Of a stretch of DNA of 64,000 nt, positions 40,485 to 54,900 are shown one piece after another. Each line of letters opens with the position of its first letter. The first letter of the stretch is position 1. Source of the DNA: Callorhinchus milii (Eukaryota); contig NW_024704764.1 in NCBI RefSeq assembly GCF_018977255.1, forward strand, positions 1,116,001 through 1,180,000. The letters run 5' to 3'. The translations under genes were made by a program, and so were the position numbers. A model generated the notes under the pieces. The model saw only the letters and a program-made list of their open reading frames with translations. It had not been told where the DNA came from and did not search any database.

Positions 40485-40911
40485 CTTGCGGTCTCATCCA
40501 GGGAAAGAGCTGCGTTGGAGAGGAACTCTGCTCTGAATGCTCTGCCTCTTCTCCTAAGCTGTTGGCGGTTGATTTGCAATCGGAATATTGGATCAGGTCG
40601 GTCTCTTGTTGGGCGGCGAAAATTGGCTGTCTCTGCAAAGCATCGTAGCCGTAGAAATTGCCGGGATCCCCGTGACACGTCACGGCACATGGATTTTGTT
40701 GATACGCGGAGGTGGAGAGGGAAGATGCTCCATGGTGGTAAAACTCCTGAATCTGGCTTGGATGCTGGAAGCTTCCCCCGGTGCCGGGTCCATAAACCAC
40801 GGTGGGTCTGCCGCTGAGATCCGAAGTGAAGCCACAGTCATAATAACTGGGGCGCAAAGTCTCCCCACTTTTATACTTAGAAAACAGCGAATTCACAAAG
40901 TACGAGCTCAT
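40485..40911 (-). CDS. HOXB8: HoxB8 exon 1
   Basis: [28 protein letters not shown]...[12 protein letters not shown]; donor G|GTGAGG; spliced product 236 aa. Confidence 0.96.
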
Positions 40912-41754
40912 TGGGAAGAATTAAAAGTGTCTCTGTACAAAGGAAGCAACTTAGTGCTTTAGTGCACAGTCTATGAGGCGAACAAACAAAAACAAATGTT
41001 AAAATTACGCCTTCATCCTATTGATTGCCATATACAATGTTCTTGGATCACATCATTGTGGAGAGGTGCACCTCATAAACAGTTTTCTGTGATTTACTTC
41101 AGCCCAAATGAGTTGTTTCATATTTTGCAGTCTCTTTTCGTGATAATTTGCATTTATTACCTCAACCACGTCCTATTGGCTTCGCTTACTCCGTACGGAC
41201 ACCGCACCTCGTGAAAGAGGAATGGTGAGAGAGAGAGGGAATGAAAGAAAGATAGAGAGGGGGGAATATGCGGATTAATATATTCAACCATGTTCATTAC
41301 TGGGATATCAGCCGCTTTACAACAGATGAAATACATACGCCACCAAAAGATTGATTTGGGGAAGTATCCATGCTGTGTATATAAAGGATAGACAGTCAGA
41401 TGTTAATTTGTAGAGCATTTAATGAGAAATGCTTCTCTTTTAAAGGTCAGAGTTACATCAACAAGACGTGAAAGTACAGTAGCAAAACTGAAATCTAATT
41501 ACCATCAACTTCGGGTGTAATTGCTATATTTCGTCCAAGTTATTGCATTGTACCGCTTGTCCTATTGCTGTCTATCCCAATTATATCCCCCCAAAAACCC
41601 TCAAAATAAACATTTGTTCGCAGGGAAAGATGGTGTCTTCGTATTTAAGATTTTAATGATCCGTTTTCCTATTATTAATAAAGCTTTTAATCTGGTGCCA
41701 GGATGGACACTGGAACAAGTAAGAGTCATTTGAGAACTGTAGGAAAGAGATTAA

Positions 41755-41860
41755 GAAACTATAAAGCGCTATAAAACCACATCCTGTTATTGTTTATAAC
41801 ACACAGTGAACGGCAGTTAGGATTTTTACGAGACGCTGTGTGTAAAGCAGTAAAATATAG
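41755..41860. promoter_or_regulatory. Cdx/Hox site cluster upstream of HoxB8
   Basis: Repeated CTATAAA, TTTATAA, TTTTACGA and GTAAAA motifs within about 100 bp; Hoxb8 is known to have Cdx-responsive upstream enhancers. Confidence 0.4.
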
Positions 41861-44800
41861 GTTTCTAAAGTGGACTGACTGTTCCTGTTGGTGTTTTAAC
41901 GTTAAGAAATAAACGGAGAAAAGAAGGGCTTCTGAAATTACTACTGACTATTCGTTATTAAAAGACCAGTGAAACCACAGATTCGATCTCGTTAAATTAA
42001 TATTCTTCTTCTTCACTTCCACGCAGACGCAAAGGAATCTTGTTCAGGGAAGTATAAAGATTACCAATATCAGACTCATAGAACACAGAGCATATTGCAG
42101 TGAAGGAGTGCATGAGCTGACCATTATATCAATTCTCTCTCTCTCTCTCTCTGATACAAAGGTATACTCATATAGACTTTCATAAATTGTCAGAATTAAC
42201 AGTCGAAGCATGGTTATTTAAAATAGAATATTAAGTTGAGAAAAGTACTCCCAATTTGGGTTACTATTTACAAAGTAATTTCTTATTATTAAGCAACTAA
42301 CGGAACGCCATAATAATGAATTATAGTGATTCTATATTAATGACATTTTTAAAGTGTTAGGATTTATTTATGACATCTGGACACAAAGTATTCGATGCTA
42401 TCTGCACTATAGAACCCAGTAAAGTTTTTTAAAAATATTTTACTGTTGAACAACATTGCAACTTTTGACGCGTGTTTGAACGTATATTTGCGCGTAAGAT
42501 TTGTGGTTAACCTTTTAACCGTAGGAATCCACTCATTTGACTTATTCAAAGCATTTGGTTTATTCAGTGTAATCTTATTTTGTTCAAACATATCCAATGT
42601 ACACGTCTTTGTCATCAAACTAGCATAAATTAAACAACGAAAAGTTAGTTTTAAAAAATACCTGCATGCGATTACAGTAATTCAATGGGATTTATTCCAT
42701 ATGAGTTTAAAACCGTCTCTTGAAAATTGTACTGATATTTGAAACTTTAAAAATGTTATTACACATGTCTGAATGCCTGTAACATGTTTTAAGCGAAGAA
42801 TGGATCATTTTTGGACAAATACTCATGGTATTTGAAGTAATTATCCAAATATAGCACATAGCATGCATATGCATACCAAGTAATCTACATAAAATGAAAT
42901 TAACTTTATTATTTGGTACTATATAGGACCAAATAATAAAGTTATGACTATCTCTGCAAGAATATAGAAATAAATTAAATATTTGGGACTTTTGTTTGGG
43001 CAAATTTCCTTTTTTAATTAACTGTTTGAGTTACAGCATGTGACTGAGCACAAAACTGTTTGGGGATTGTGCAAAACAAATCGTTAGAAGTGAATTGTTG
43101 GCAACTGGAGTAAACTGATATGTATGATATATTTTTATTTGTCTCTGAAATTATATTAGTGTTAGTAAACGATTTACCTCAAACGCTCAGGTAATCGTGT
43201 TACAATGTAATTGTGTTTCAAAAAAAGTCTGCAAAACACTTTTCAAAACTTTCAAAATGAGTTCGATTCTATGGGAATATTTTTTTCAAATATTCTTTAA
43301 ATAATGTATTTTCTTGAATTTTAAAAAAAACACGATAAGGGTAAATCATATTGGACTTGGCTAAATCCTGAAATGGCCCAAATAAAATAAAGTATCTATG
43401 TTTACAGTTAATCAAACGATTAGACTTTGGATATTTATAAAATGGCATTTTACATTTCTGACCAATCATTTCAGTGACAGTATTAATATAGATATAACTA
43501 CAATTTAAAAAATGTTATTTTCCGAGCACGTTTTATTCTTACAAGTTACTTCCGTTGTCAGAGCATTTTAAGTGTTACTATTACGTACTTATTCAATTGA
43601 ATTTACCGGAAATAATATCACAAACAGCTTAGACATAGATGGTGATGCAAAGAGGATTTTTAAAAAATAAGTAAAGTGGTAAATAAATACAATATGGATG
43701 ATAACACTGAAATTGTTGGTGAAGACTTGTGCGGTTAAAATGACTGACTCCATTGCATTTGGTTAATTATTGGAAGATATCCGTACGGTTTAAAACAATT
43801 TCTTTTCGCAAAAGACAAGCGAGATGTACACCTTGCACCGCAAAGCTGACCAGTGAATATCCCACGTGATAGTTGGGTTGTTAGGTGGTGGAGAGGTGTT
43901 GTTGTTCGATGGTTGGAGAACCCATTTATTTAGAACCTCCATTCAACGGATTTCTTAGATGGGTGCTTCATCAGTAACTCCTTCATATATTCGCCCGCTT
44001 CTAAGGGTACATTTCCGCTTGTTGGAAATATTCAGATACGGTTGTGTTCCTTATTTCCCCCCACTTCCCCTCCTCCCACCAGCCCCCACTCCCACCCCCC
44101 CACCCCCCACCACACCCAACCCCCACCGCCCATAGAATGTTTAAACCAAATTGTGCAGATGCATTTGGCAGGTACATAGAGTCAACTTTTCGCACATTTC
44201 AGCATACAATATGCATGTTCACTTAAGGGCCTTGGGTTTCCATGTATTGTTGTCAAATGTATGCATCATCAGCATCACAGCAAAGTGATATTTAAAACTG
44301 CTGATGATTCATACTTCTTGATCTATATGTTTACAGAGTTGCTAATGTCAAAATGGATCAGGAGTTGCAGCCAAACTGAGGGCCAGACGTAATACATACA
44401 TATGTTTTTTTGAATGTGAAAGCTCCAGTTACTCAATTGAGGCACTATATATGCTTTAGTAAACAGAAGGCACAATAATTGAAATTAGTTTGGAAACTTT
44501 TCAGTGCTCCTAGATTTTTTTTCTGTGAAATCGAAAGTACCATGGTCAAACCATTTGAAATCTGAATTCTTCTCTGGCGTTGCATGTTTACTGCTGGACT
44601 TTAGGTGTAAACATGTAAAGACAGAAAGCGAAATGAGGCAATTTCTGTAAAAACTTAACGAGGAAAATGTATAGACTCATCGATATTATACGTGTGCACA
44701 GTAAATGTAATGCATAACAACCAGCAGCCAGTCTACATATAAGTCTCTGGATGTAAATACATCTATTCTATGCCTGTTGTTATTTTGATGCTCGTCGTGG

Positions 44801-46040
44801 TGATAGGGAGATGGAAAGATAATCCAATGACTGTAATGAATGGGAAATCTGAAATACTAGTGTTTTATTGTGCAGTTACTGAAATTCCAGATACTAACTC
44901 ACTCATGAATTAAATACAGAAAAGTAGAGAGGGCATGTACTAATTACATAAAATGTAACAGTGCTGACATAATTGAAATAGGCTGTATTCTTACTATTAC
45001 TTTGGCAAAATACCACTAATTTTGGCTTCTAAGGCAGTAACTCTTATTGAATGCGTCGGTCCTGCTCCAGTGTAATTCTTATTTAATGTAACTATTTTGT
45101 CCTTATCCACCTCTGTCTATTGTGAATTGCGTGACTCCAGCTTTGGACGGACAGAGGATGACTACTTTGACTGATCGTGTAAATCTTTTAATTTTTTTTC
45201 CCTAACAGATAGAAGCAATCCATAAAGCCTGGAGTGAAAAAGAATTCGCACAGATTGAAAACAAATCTAAGAAAATATTTCCAACAAATCACTTCCAGAA
45301 GTGGAAATGGTCTGAATGTCGCTACTGACAATAATCAGCAGCTGCGTATCAATGAATATCAATGCGAAACTACGTTGAAAGGTACGTTGAAATCTCAGAA
45401 ACGTACATTTTCATCTGTAAGATAAGCATTGCAGATTTTCTCTTTTTTTCAAGTTTCTTTACAACACTTAACTGCTTCCAATTAAATGTAGTGCATTATT
45501 TTCAACAGTATAAATAGGAATTGAATAAAATGCTAATGTTAAAGAGACTCTCAAATTGGTGAATTGCCATCTAATCTTTTTTCACAAACAGAAGTTGTGT
45601 GTTTGTATATTACTTATTTCGGAATTTCACACGACTGTATTTTCTGACCCAAATGTCATAGCTATTCCACAGTAACGGAAAGTGGTCCTCTATTCAGTTT
45701 TGACTGCATCCAGAATGGTTAAAATTTCGCGCGGCCCAAAAGATGGTCGTTTACCACTACTTATTTCGCGAAAGTAGTTCCAAATTAATATAAACAATAA
45801 CTTGGCGCAAAACGAGACGATCGCGGCCGTGAAGAATAATTGTTGAAACCTCTTTGCGAGGGCTTTGCTGAAAGCATAATGAGAATGCCAAAGGTTTAGT
45901 AAAACTGTGCCTTTATTTTATATTAATTTTGTGTGTTGCCCCCGGACTGGGTTGGCAAAGTAAAGGCAGCTGTGGCTGTAAGGCTTGGGTTTGAGATGAA
46001 GGGGCACAGTTGGCCGCCAGATCTGTGTTTAGTGGAACAA

Positions 46041-46059
46041 TACTGCCATCTACTGGCAA
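46041..46059 (-). promoter_or_regulatory. CTCF motif between HoxB8 and HoxB9
   Basis: Minus strand TTGCCAGTAGATGGCAGTA, a strong match to the CTCF consensus. Confidence 0.65.
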
Positions 46060-47910
46060 TACGAGGAAGTCATCTGCATTTCTTTTCCGAAAAAGGATGC
46101 AAAAAAAAGTACTGTATTAACAAATATGCGCAATAGAGCTATCAAACCCGCTATAAAGAATCCATTAGATGCAAAATGCAGCGAAGGGAAATGTTAGTTT
46201 CTCAATCTCAAATACGCTCACGGACAGTACCAATAAACCTCACGGTCCGTGCAATGGATCGCTAACATTCAATTCCTCGGGGGCAATAAACAGGAAGAAG
46301 AAAAAGAAGAGTGTGGTGGGGGGGGGGAAGCTTTGAGAATTCCATTGTCCCCACCTCCGAGTCTAAACAATTGAGCTTTCTGTGTGAGAATAAAGTCCCA
46401 AGGATTGGCGCAGGGTTGTAAACACAGTCAAAGCCTTCGCTCCAGACGTCTCGCCATACTCTGTATAGCTTTTTATTGCAGCAATTTCTGGCAGCCTGGA
46501 AAGGGTAGGCAGTGGAACAAAAGAGGGCGTCACTTGCTTTGGAGTCTAAAGCATTTTAGTTACACTGTAACACCACTGTCAGTTTTCCCTGAAAAACACA
46601 ATTGCTCTATATTTCCTTCGGAATAAAAAGCAACTTTATTTTCAAACATGCGGTGAGCACTTCTGACAGTGAATTTATTTGAATGTGTCCTGTAAGTTTC
46701 TCCTTTGGTGTATTTGTTTTACAGAGGCTCAATTTTAAACCTTCAGAAATGTATACCCTATAAACTTTTACAATGGCCATATTCTGTTATTGCAGTACAC
46801 CACCGTGAATTTCCTTTAATGACAGGCCACTTCCTAAGTCCTCCTCCGCAACTCGAGGCTTATTTTGACTTTCTTTTTGTGAGTGCATTTGCTACCTGTA
46901 ATATGAAGGCGAAACATTGCTACTCTAATGCTTCTAAATTGTTGCACGTAGGTTATTTTTAGAATCTAATCAGTGGATAATTCAGTCACCCTCACCCCTA
47001 TCGATTTGAAAACATCTGACTATCCAATTTTCCTGATAAGGATGTGTCAAAGCATCTAAATATAGATTATTTAATATAGCCAATAGAAATCCACACCAAC
47101 CCAATTCCACTTAAACCAGTTCTAAAGAAAAGTCTTTAAAAATCTCCGTACTGCATTGCCACCAATCGGAATTTTCTTTACAAGGGTCATTTTGAGCAAC
47201 ACAACAACGTCTCCCAGTGTTCACAAGAGAATCAATTGCACAACTTTCGTTTCCAGCACAAGTGAAATATGTTGCTTATTAATGAAGATTTACGCATACA
47301 TTTGAAGATGTACATGTTCTAAGTCTTTGGGCTCTCTGTTGCTTTCAATAAGCCAGCTAAATAAATTTCACCTAATACATTCTTGTTGGAGCGTCCTTGT
47401 GTAAAATTTGCCTTGATAAATTATCGAGGGCGGTTCAGCGACACTTCATATCTTAGAATTATTATTGTGATGCCATTTTCCACTATTTTATTTGCACAGT
47501 GTAGCAGTTGGGTGAAATAACTTTTCATGTCATTTGTTGTGAATCAAGTTGTAAGGAGCTGTACTACAACAAATATTTAGTTGTTCTGTTACATCATAGA
47601 TAGATCTACAATGATTATTATTATGTAATCAGCTCCAGATGGGCATTAATGTACAATAACGTTCCACACCAACTCACTCTGCGTAACTGGAGTCAGCAAA
47701 CTAGCTTTTGGATTTCTTTCGTTCACATTTTTTTTCTTTCTCTATTTTCAATGGGCTCATCCGAGCAATCTCGAAAGAGGACTTACTCAATCGTCCCTTT
47801 ATTTGGTGGGGGGGGGGGGACACGAGTGATTGCATGCTGAAAAGTTATACATGTTTATTGCAACAATATGAATTGCAAGTGATGTGCGGGGACTAGAATA
47901 TAATTTTAGC

Positions 47911-47977
47911 AAGAATAATAACAACTTGCATTTGCATAGCGCCCTTCATCATGGATAGCATCCCGGGGCGCTTTAAG
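47911..47977 (-). mobile_element. Decayed 3' tail of an L2/CR1-mobilised SINE or LINE
   Basis: aataataacaacttgcatttgcatagcgcccttc...tcccggggcgcttt resembles the tail acaacttgcatttatatagcgccttt...tcccaaggcgctt that I recall from shark SINE/L2 elements; not confirmed by a database search. Confidence 0.6.
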
Positions 47978-50351
47978 GCAGATTATAACAGAATTTGAAC
48001 CTTTTTCCTGAGTATAATTTCTGTCAAAGTTTTATACAGGAATTTATTGTGTATTTTGACTTTATTCAAATAACTGTGATACTTATGACCCATTGAGTGG
48101 ATAGCAATAAATAACATTTTATGATGTGTACTAAAACGTTCAAGAATAAAATATGCAGAGTGTAGAAGTGAACAGCAACAAAAAAGATCAGCTTAGGATT
48201 TTTGTAATATTTTGTTTTATGGCGAGTTAATTAATCCGTCAAAAGAACCCACAAATAATGGGTAACCCAGCCACGGAAATCCTTCTCGTAAAGACCCCCA
48301 GAAGAAATACAGGCAGCTTGCATATCAGTAATTGTTGCTTCCCTATGATGAAGGCAAGTTAACGAGTAAATCTGTTTAAAGTTTCTACAGAGCCAAGCCT
48401 TATTGTCTATCGATGTGGTATTGAGAATGTATTTCACTAATCAAGGTAACTCCGTTAAGATGGCTCCGTCCCAAATACAGGATCTCGATCCACCATACGA
48501 TAGGTTTGAGTTTAATTTATGTTTGTTCTCCTTGCACATATGTGAATGTATTTTTTTTTGCATTATATGCTATTGACAACCTGCATGTGAGTGTACTGTT
48601 AAGAGGTAGTTTATTGGTAAACCTAAGTGAACTTCAAGATAAGAAAATGACGGAATCGCTTTTTTCCTCTTTTGTACCTCTATGGCTGTTCTCTTAATAA
48701 TAGCGTTGTCGTTTGTCAACAGTGAAAGCTCAGTCTGGATTCAAGATAAACATTTGAATTCTTTGTTTCTAGTGAAACTGCAAACGTTATTTTGGTTTCC
48801 GCTTTCAAAATTGATCTTTATATTCCTTTAGAATGTGCGTTTAAGAGAAATGGAAACACAAACCCGCTTCAAATTATTATAACGGTGATGTCAAAAAACG
48901 ACAAGACAGACAGAAACTTTGGGAAGAACACTCCACGTGGAAATACGGTTTCCAGCTGTTCAACGGATTATTGTTCGCATATTCCTACCCCTGACCGATA
49001 GCGATTTTTTTTCCCGTGTGTGCAACAAAAAAAAACTGCCCTCGACCATGTGATACCATTTGGTGGGTTTCATTCATTTTTTTAAAAAAGAAATCACAAT
49101 GCAACTGTTTCACTGGAGGAAGGGCCCGGCTTTAATTTTGAACCTTGTGTGCGAAATGGAGTTTGCCGAAAGGAAAACACGGACATGTGAAAGCAATAAC
49201 GTGCAACCGATTGGAAATTTTCAGTTGGGCAGAGAGAACGAGGTACATTTCACGTTGGTCCGGAACGCTTCTGCTCTACACTTTCTCTATTGTGTCGCTC
49301 TGGTTTTGTCTCCCTCTTTTGTTCGCTTTGGCAGCCAATCACGACACGAGCCCCCTCCCCCAGGTTATCCTAAAACGGTATTTTATTTCTAAAATGTCAT
49401 CAACTTCTACGTTACAGATCGTTAAAGTTTCACTTTCACCACAAGTACACATGTGCCGACTACAATAAGTATTTTTTTTTGAAATTTTTTTTAAAAAAAT
49501 TAACCACACGGTTGCATTCTGACCGTAGTTTTACGAACTGGTAATATTGGGAAGAACACCCAATCGTGAAAGCTTCTAATTTAAACCTTAAGAGGTATCA
49601 TGTTGCACACCAGTACACACTTACACACAGCAGAACTAAGGATGAAAACTATATTACTGATTTAAATAGAAAGCACACTGTCCTCAAGCAGGTAAACGCC
49701 TAAGTCATAGAAATGAGATGTATGACTTGATAGAAAGACATTTTTCTTTTTTAAAAAAAATCGTTGTTCCGATACATAGAAATGGAACACTTCTTAAACA
49801 AAACATGAATTATAAACATCCTTTTTTTACACGTAAACAGGCGAAGATAAGTAATGTTAAATCATTTCTAAATCAAAAAAAATTAAAAATATATATTTCG
49901 TCCCTTTTTTTATATAAAAAAGATTATTTTCCAACACGTTAAGTCAGAAGGAATGAAGGAAGCGATGGATACTTGCAAGCGTTGCACAGATATTTTAATA
50001 ATTTATAAATAACCTTAAAGATTACCTAAAAAGAGCAGACGCGGCCAAAATAAAACAAGATCCTGTGTGCATGACTGGAATAGTTGGTCGGAATGAGAGG
50101 AAGTGGTATCCTTTAATATCCTGCAATAAAATCCTTTACACGTGACAGTATTCCCTGAATAAATGCAGTTAGATCAGTTCGAATTAAACTGCCGAATAGC
50201 TGGATGTTAAAACGAATCGTTCTGCCTGTGCAGCATTTCCCCCTAAGTTGCTCGAGGTCTCCACTCACTGCGCCTTAAAGGATGTATTGCATTGTGTGAC
50301 CGTTATTATTTCGCGAAAGGTTCAGTTTCCAGCAGAGGCGGTGACCGGGTC

Positions 50352-50584
50352 CTATTTCCCGTGCTCCTTGTTTAGTCTCTTCAGCTTCATTCTCCTGTTC
50401 TGAAACCATATTTTGACTTGTCTTTCAGTCAAGTTGAGAAGATGGGCCACCTCGTGCCTCCGGTCTCTGGTGAGGTACATATTGAATAGAAATTCTTTCT
50501 CGAGCTCCAAAGTCTGATATTTCGTATAAGGACATCTTTTCTTCCTTGTCGATCGAGCGTGCAACCAATTTGCCGAGGGATTAT
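50352..50584 (-). CDS. HOXB9: HoxB9 exon 2 (homeodomain)
   Basis: [46 protein letters not shown]...LNKEHGK; acceptor ctgcag at 50585-50586. Confidence 0.96.
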
Positions 50585-51244
50585 CTGCAGATTTGTATTT
50601 GGTGTGTGTGGGGGGGTGGGGGTGGGGGTGAGGGGTTGGTGGTTGGGTGGCGGCGGGGGGGGGGGGGGGGAGGAAGAGGGAAGAGCAGATTAAGAGAAAA
50701 AATAACGTTACAATCCTATGCATTTGCTATATTTTCAGATTGTTTCAATACGCAGCAGACCATTTACAGCCAGGAAGAGAAATAGCGAGGCTGTTTTGTT
50801 ACCGCTCAGTATGGCCGGCTACCAAATTTGTGATGTGTGAATTTTGTGAAAGTTTCTCCGGATGTTTGCGATGTAACAGTAAATTATCCAACCGCGTAAA
50901 AAAATACTTCACTTAAAGTCGTATGGTACCGGTTCCCACTCCTGTTCAAGATATAAACCACTAGATGCAGAATAGTGTTTGTTTATTGCCTCTTGGTGGA
51001 CAGAGTGGTAAAACAAAACTCATTAAACGTTTGCAGGTGGCTGTTTGTAAAGCCAATAAAATACAATTGCGGCACGTAAAATAACACGCAAGATAAAAGC
51101 GAATTAAATGCTTGCGGTTAAACTGGAAATAAATTATACTGTTTTATTAGGACCTGCTGCGGGCGTGTTTTTTTTTATATATGACGTTCGTTATCTATGC
51201 GCGTTCTGAAGGGGAGTATATCGTTCTCGAGGTTTGTAACTTAC

Positions 51245-51764
51245 TTTGATGTCTCGTCTCTTTGTCTTCGGTGGCTTCACATATGGTATTGTCTTCATAA
51301 TACGGCGCTTTGCTGGGATCGATGGCCTCGTTCTCCGAAGATTCACAGGTTATTTTTTGCAGCGGCACCAGTAACGTTTCCCCGCCAGCACCGACCAATG
51401 ACTCGGTTTTCAATGAATCCTGGCGGTTGGGAGCTATCCCCGGTACAGCCACGGTCCTGGGCGTAGGCTCCAGCCAAGACCGCATGTACCTGCCCTCCGA
51501 GGAGACGGGGTTAGTCTGGACGAAAGGATGGTACACTGCAGATGCATTGCCAGTGGTCTGCGGGTACAGAGGACTCCACGAGGTGCTGAATGCAGGAGAT
51601 TTAGGCTGAAAATTGCAAGCTGAGAAGTCGGGGTGCTCAGTAAGCCCCGTCTGTCTGGAGACTATATATTGCCCCGGAGTAAACTTGGTGGAAGATGTCT
51701 CCTCACTTTCATGACTTATAAGAGAATCTACATAATAATTGCTAATTGACCCAGAGATCGACAT
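51245..51764 (-). CDS. HOXB9: HoxB9 exon 1
   Basis: MSISGSISNYYVDSLISHESE...RYMRSWLEP; donor A|GTAAGT; spliced product 250 aa. Confidence 0.95.
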
Positions 51765-51864
51765 TTTCGAACATCGTACTCATTGGGAAATATACGTAAG
51801 GCTAGAAATTGTTCTCCCAACTTCTCAACCAACAAAGTAGAGTTAGCTGATATGTTGTGGGCTA

Positions 51865-51935
51865 TCTGCAAAACGATTGGTTAAAGTTTTCATGTGGCCG
51901 ACAGAGCGACAATAAAACGTAAATCAATCCGCAAA
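51865..51935 (-). promoter_or_regulatory. Conserved Hox9 promoter block
   Basis: CCAAT box, CATGTG E-box, CAATAAAA, and the PBX-HOX site TGATTTAC (51919-51926, minus strand). Confidence 0.6.
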
Positions 51936-54900
51936 GGGAGGGTTACACAATTAACATACATCCCACATTAAGAATCTTTTGATGATTATATCCGTATTCA
52001 TGCAACGAGAACACCAGCACACATATAAATATGACTATGTTTAAGAACACAAAAGCTTGTTTTAACTTTCAAATTCAGCATTTCAAGGAACTATTTTGCC
52101 CCCTAATTAATCTTCTCCTGTGTGGCACATTCCCACACCATGTCTCATAATTGTTCGCCTTATTATTTTAACAAGTTACATAAAAGAACATCAAATAGGA
52201 TTTTCGTAGTAGACAACTCTTAAAACTCGATGGGTGCTGTGGGCGCTGATAAGTTTACTCTCGAAGGCCAGGCGGTTTACATAGGCTCAGGCTTGAGGGA
52301 TTGCCAATAAACGCGTCAACTTTTCAGTTTCCAATAACCCGAAGGATCTAACGCTATGGAAGCAAAGTGCTCGCACGCTTGCGAATGTCTGAACTCTTAA
52401 GAACTTAACTTGTTATGAAAATAGACATCTCACAAATTAGAATAAACCAACTCGACTTTTTTTTAAAAAAAAACAAATTCCATTTGGGGCAGAAAATAAT
52501 TCGAACTGGAACCAGTTTTATTGGACAAAGCTCGATGTTCCAACCGCTAAACTTCTACAAAACAGCTTTGGTTTTTGCTCCCGAAAGAGGCAATGGGGAA
52601 AGAAAGCGAACGGCTCTGCTTGCGAAATCAAGTTTTACAAATTGTCTCCTTTTCAAAGCGGCGTTTCAAACAATCTTACAGAAGCTGAGAAGCCTGAGAA
52701 GAGAGTTTGCTTTTAAAAAATTATTCCAGTTGCAGAAAAAAATCATACGCATGGTTATAGTACGTCATTTGGAAAGAGTTGGAAATGCTGAACTTGGCTC
52801 ATCATATTTACGTTATCTCACCTAATGAAAGCGCCATCCTTTTCGGGAAGAATGAACACTGTTCAAGACATATTTGTGTGGCCATAAACACACACCTACT
52901 GGAAAATACTTTATGAATAGACCTCCCAAAGCACATCCGCGCTAATTCATAAAAGTAGACACAATATGGCGTGATTTACAAACAGATATAGAATCGAAAG
53001 CAGAATGTTGTTGAATATGTATGTGATCACAGTTCCTCCTTTGCATTAATTTATAGTATTTTTACAATAGGAATTTAGGAACTTAAATGACAAATTAAAA
53101 CTGGACACTAAACAGTAAGATTGAAACTCAATCGCCGTATATAAAAGAAAATGTGATTATTTTTCAAGTCGCAAAAGATTACCAAAGTTAATCAGCTAAA
53201 CTGAAGGTAAGAACAATGAATATTATCCTTATCGAGATTTCGGGTTAAGATTTATTTTGACTTAATGGGTTGGAAAATTAGAATCGTTTTATTCCACCAA
53301 CGAGGAATATGCCTTCTTTCATAAACTTTTCTTTTTAAATGAAAAAAGTATTAATGAAATAACTGTGTATCTTTGCATTTTAATTTTGGAGACCTCTATA
53401 ATTTTGGTTTCGCCCACAATATGCAGTCAATTCAGTAAGATTCCTGTTAGTATCAGCCGCCTATTTTAAAGTATAATAATTAAATTTATGTGACCAATGC
53501 ACTTCGCATCAGAGAAAATATATATTCGTATCCGAATACTTAGAATAACATTGAACTTTTTGAAGATTGCTTTTGCTTTAGATATTCTTCTTCAAACTTG
53601 CACGTCTTAAAACTATCTTTGATTTTTATATTTGTTTTTTTAAAAAAGAACGGGAAACTGCATTAGCCAAAGTGTTATGTAAACTAAACAGCGAGTATGC
53701 CTTGCTCTCTCTCTCTCTACATACTACTCACATAGCAATTTCTCCATGTTAGTATTCAGGAGTGACACAGTCTTCTTCAACATGTCTTCTGTGGTGTGGT
53801 ACATATGATGAAACCGTACAATTCATCACCTAAAGTGACCAGATTCAAAGGAATAATACGATAAATTCGTTTTATGCTGTTTAACTGTAAAACAATGCAA
53901 TTGTGTATATATATTGGCAATACCAAGAAAGCACGTTTTGATGAAACTAAAACGATCCTTAGGCGTACAATATTGTTCTGCATAATCATTTGAATTATAT
54001 TCATTCAATAAGTGCTTTGTAAGGCGGCTCACACTTCTTTGGGTCTATTTGATTTTCAGGAAATTCAATCTGCTGTGAGGGATTTTGTAAATGGTAAATT
54101 CCCGTTGTGCAACACAATCCAGAATAGAGATATTCATTTTATTTCGAATGTAATCTTATAAAGAAAGAGATGCGATAGTTCCTCCAGGTTTACTGGAGCT
54201 TGACTATTCGATCTCGGCCGTATCCTTGCCATTTTTGGGCAGTTTTAAACCAAGAAAGAAAGTAAAGCAATACATATGCTAAACCATAGTTAGAACATCG
54301 TCCATTGTATAGAAGTTTCACCGATATTCCAGTTAAACTTGCATTTGAAAGTGATTTAGCAATCGGCAACAATCGGTGGTTTTGTTGGTGAAAATATGAG
54401 TTAATTGTTGAAGGGCACATAATGCTGCAGCAAAAATGAGGTTCTGTTATTGGGTCAATATTGAAGAAGTGAACTTTCTGTACAATTCAAGGTAGCGAAG
54501 GTGAATTTTATTTTAGCGATAGGCAAATAGCACTGTAGTAATCCATACTAAAAATATAATTATCGGCCAGTGTTCCCGTTATAGCCTATAAAATATATTA
54601 CTGCACCAATGGGGTTTTACTGGGGTTATTTTTAAGGAAATTGTCGGATCATTTTTGAACTTCAACGATGTGGCTTTTTTTAAAAAAAACAATGCTTTTA
54701 AGGGGCAAATCCGTGTCAATAGAAAATGGCGAATGTCTCCTCCAGCGATTGGGTCATGAATAAGAGCAGTCCTGTCGGTCGGGGTCGCTGCAGTCTATTT
54801 AAGGTGGGACCGACACGTTTTGTTTCGAAGCGACAGTCTTGCCTCAGGCCTAACTCACAACAACGTGGGCCACCACTGAGTTTACACAAAACACCAGAGA

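Noticed and set aside
48604-48612. miR-196 seed match downstream of HoxB9
   Set aside because: Probably beyond the likely HoxB9 poly(A) signal near 49385, so it may not be in the mRNA.
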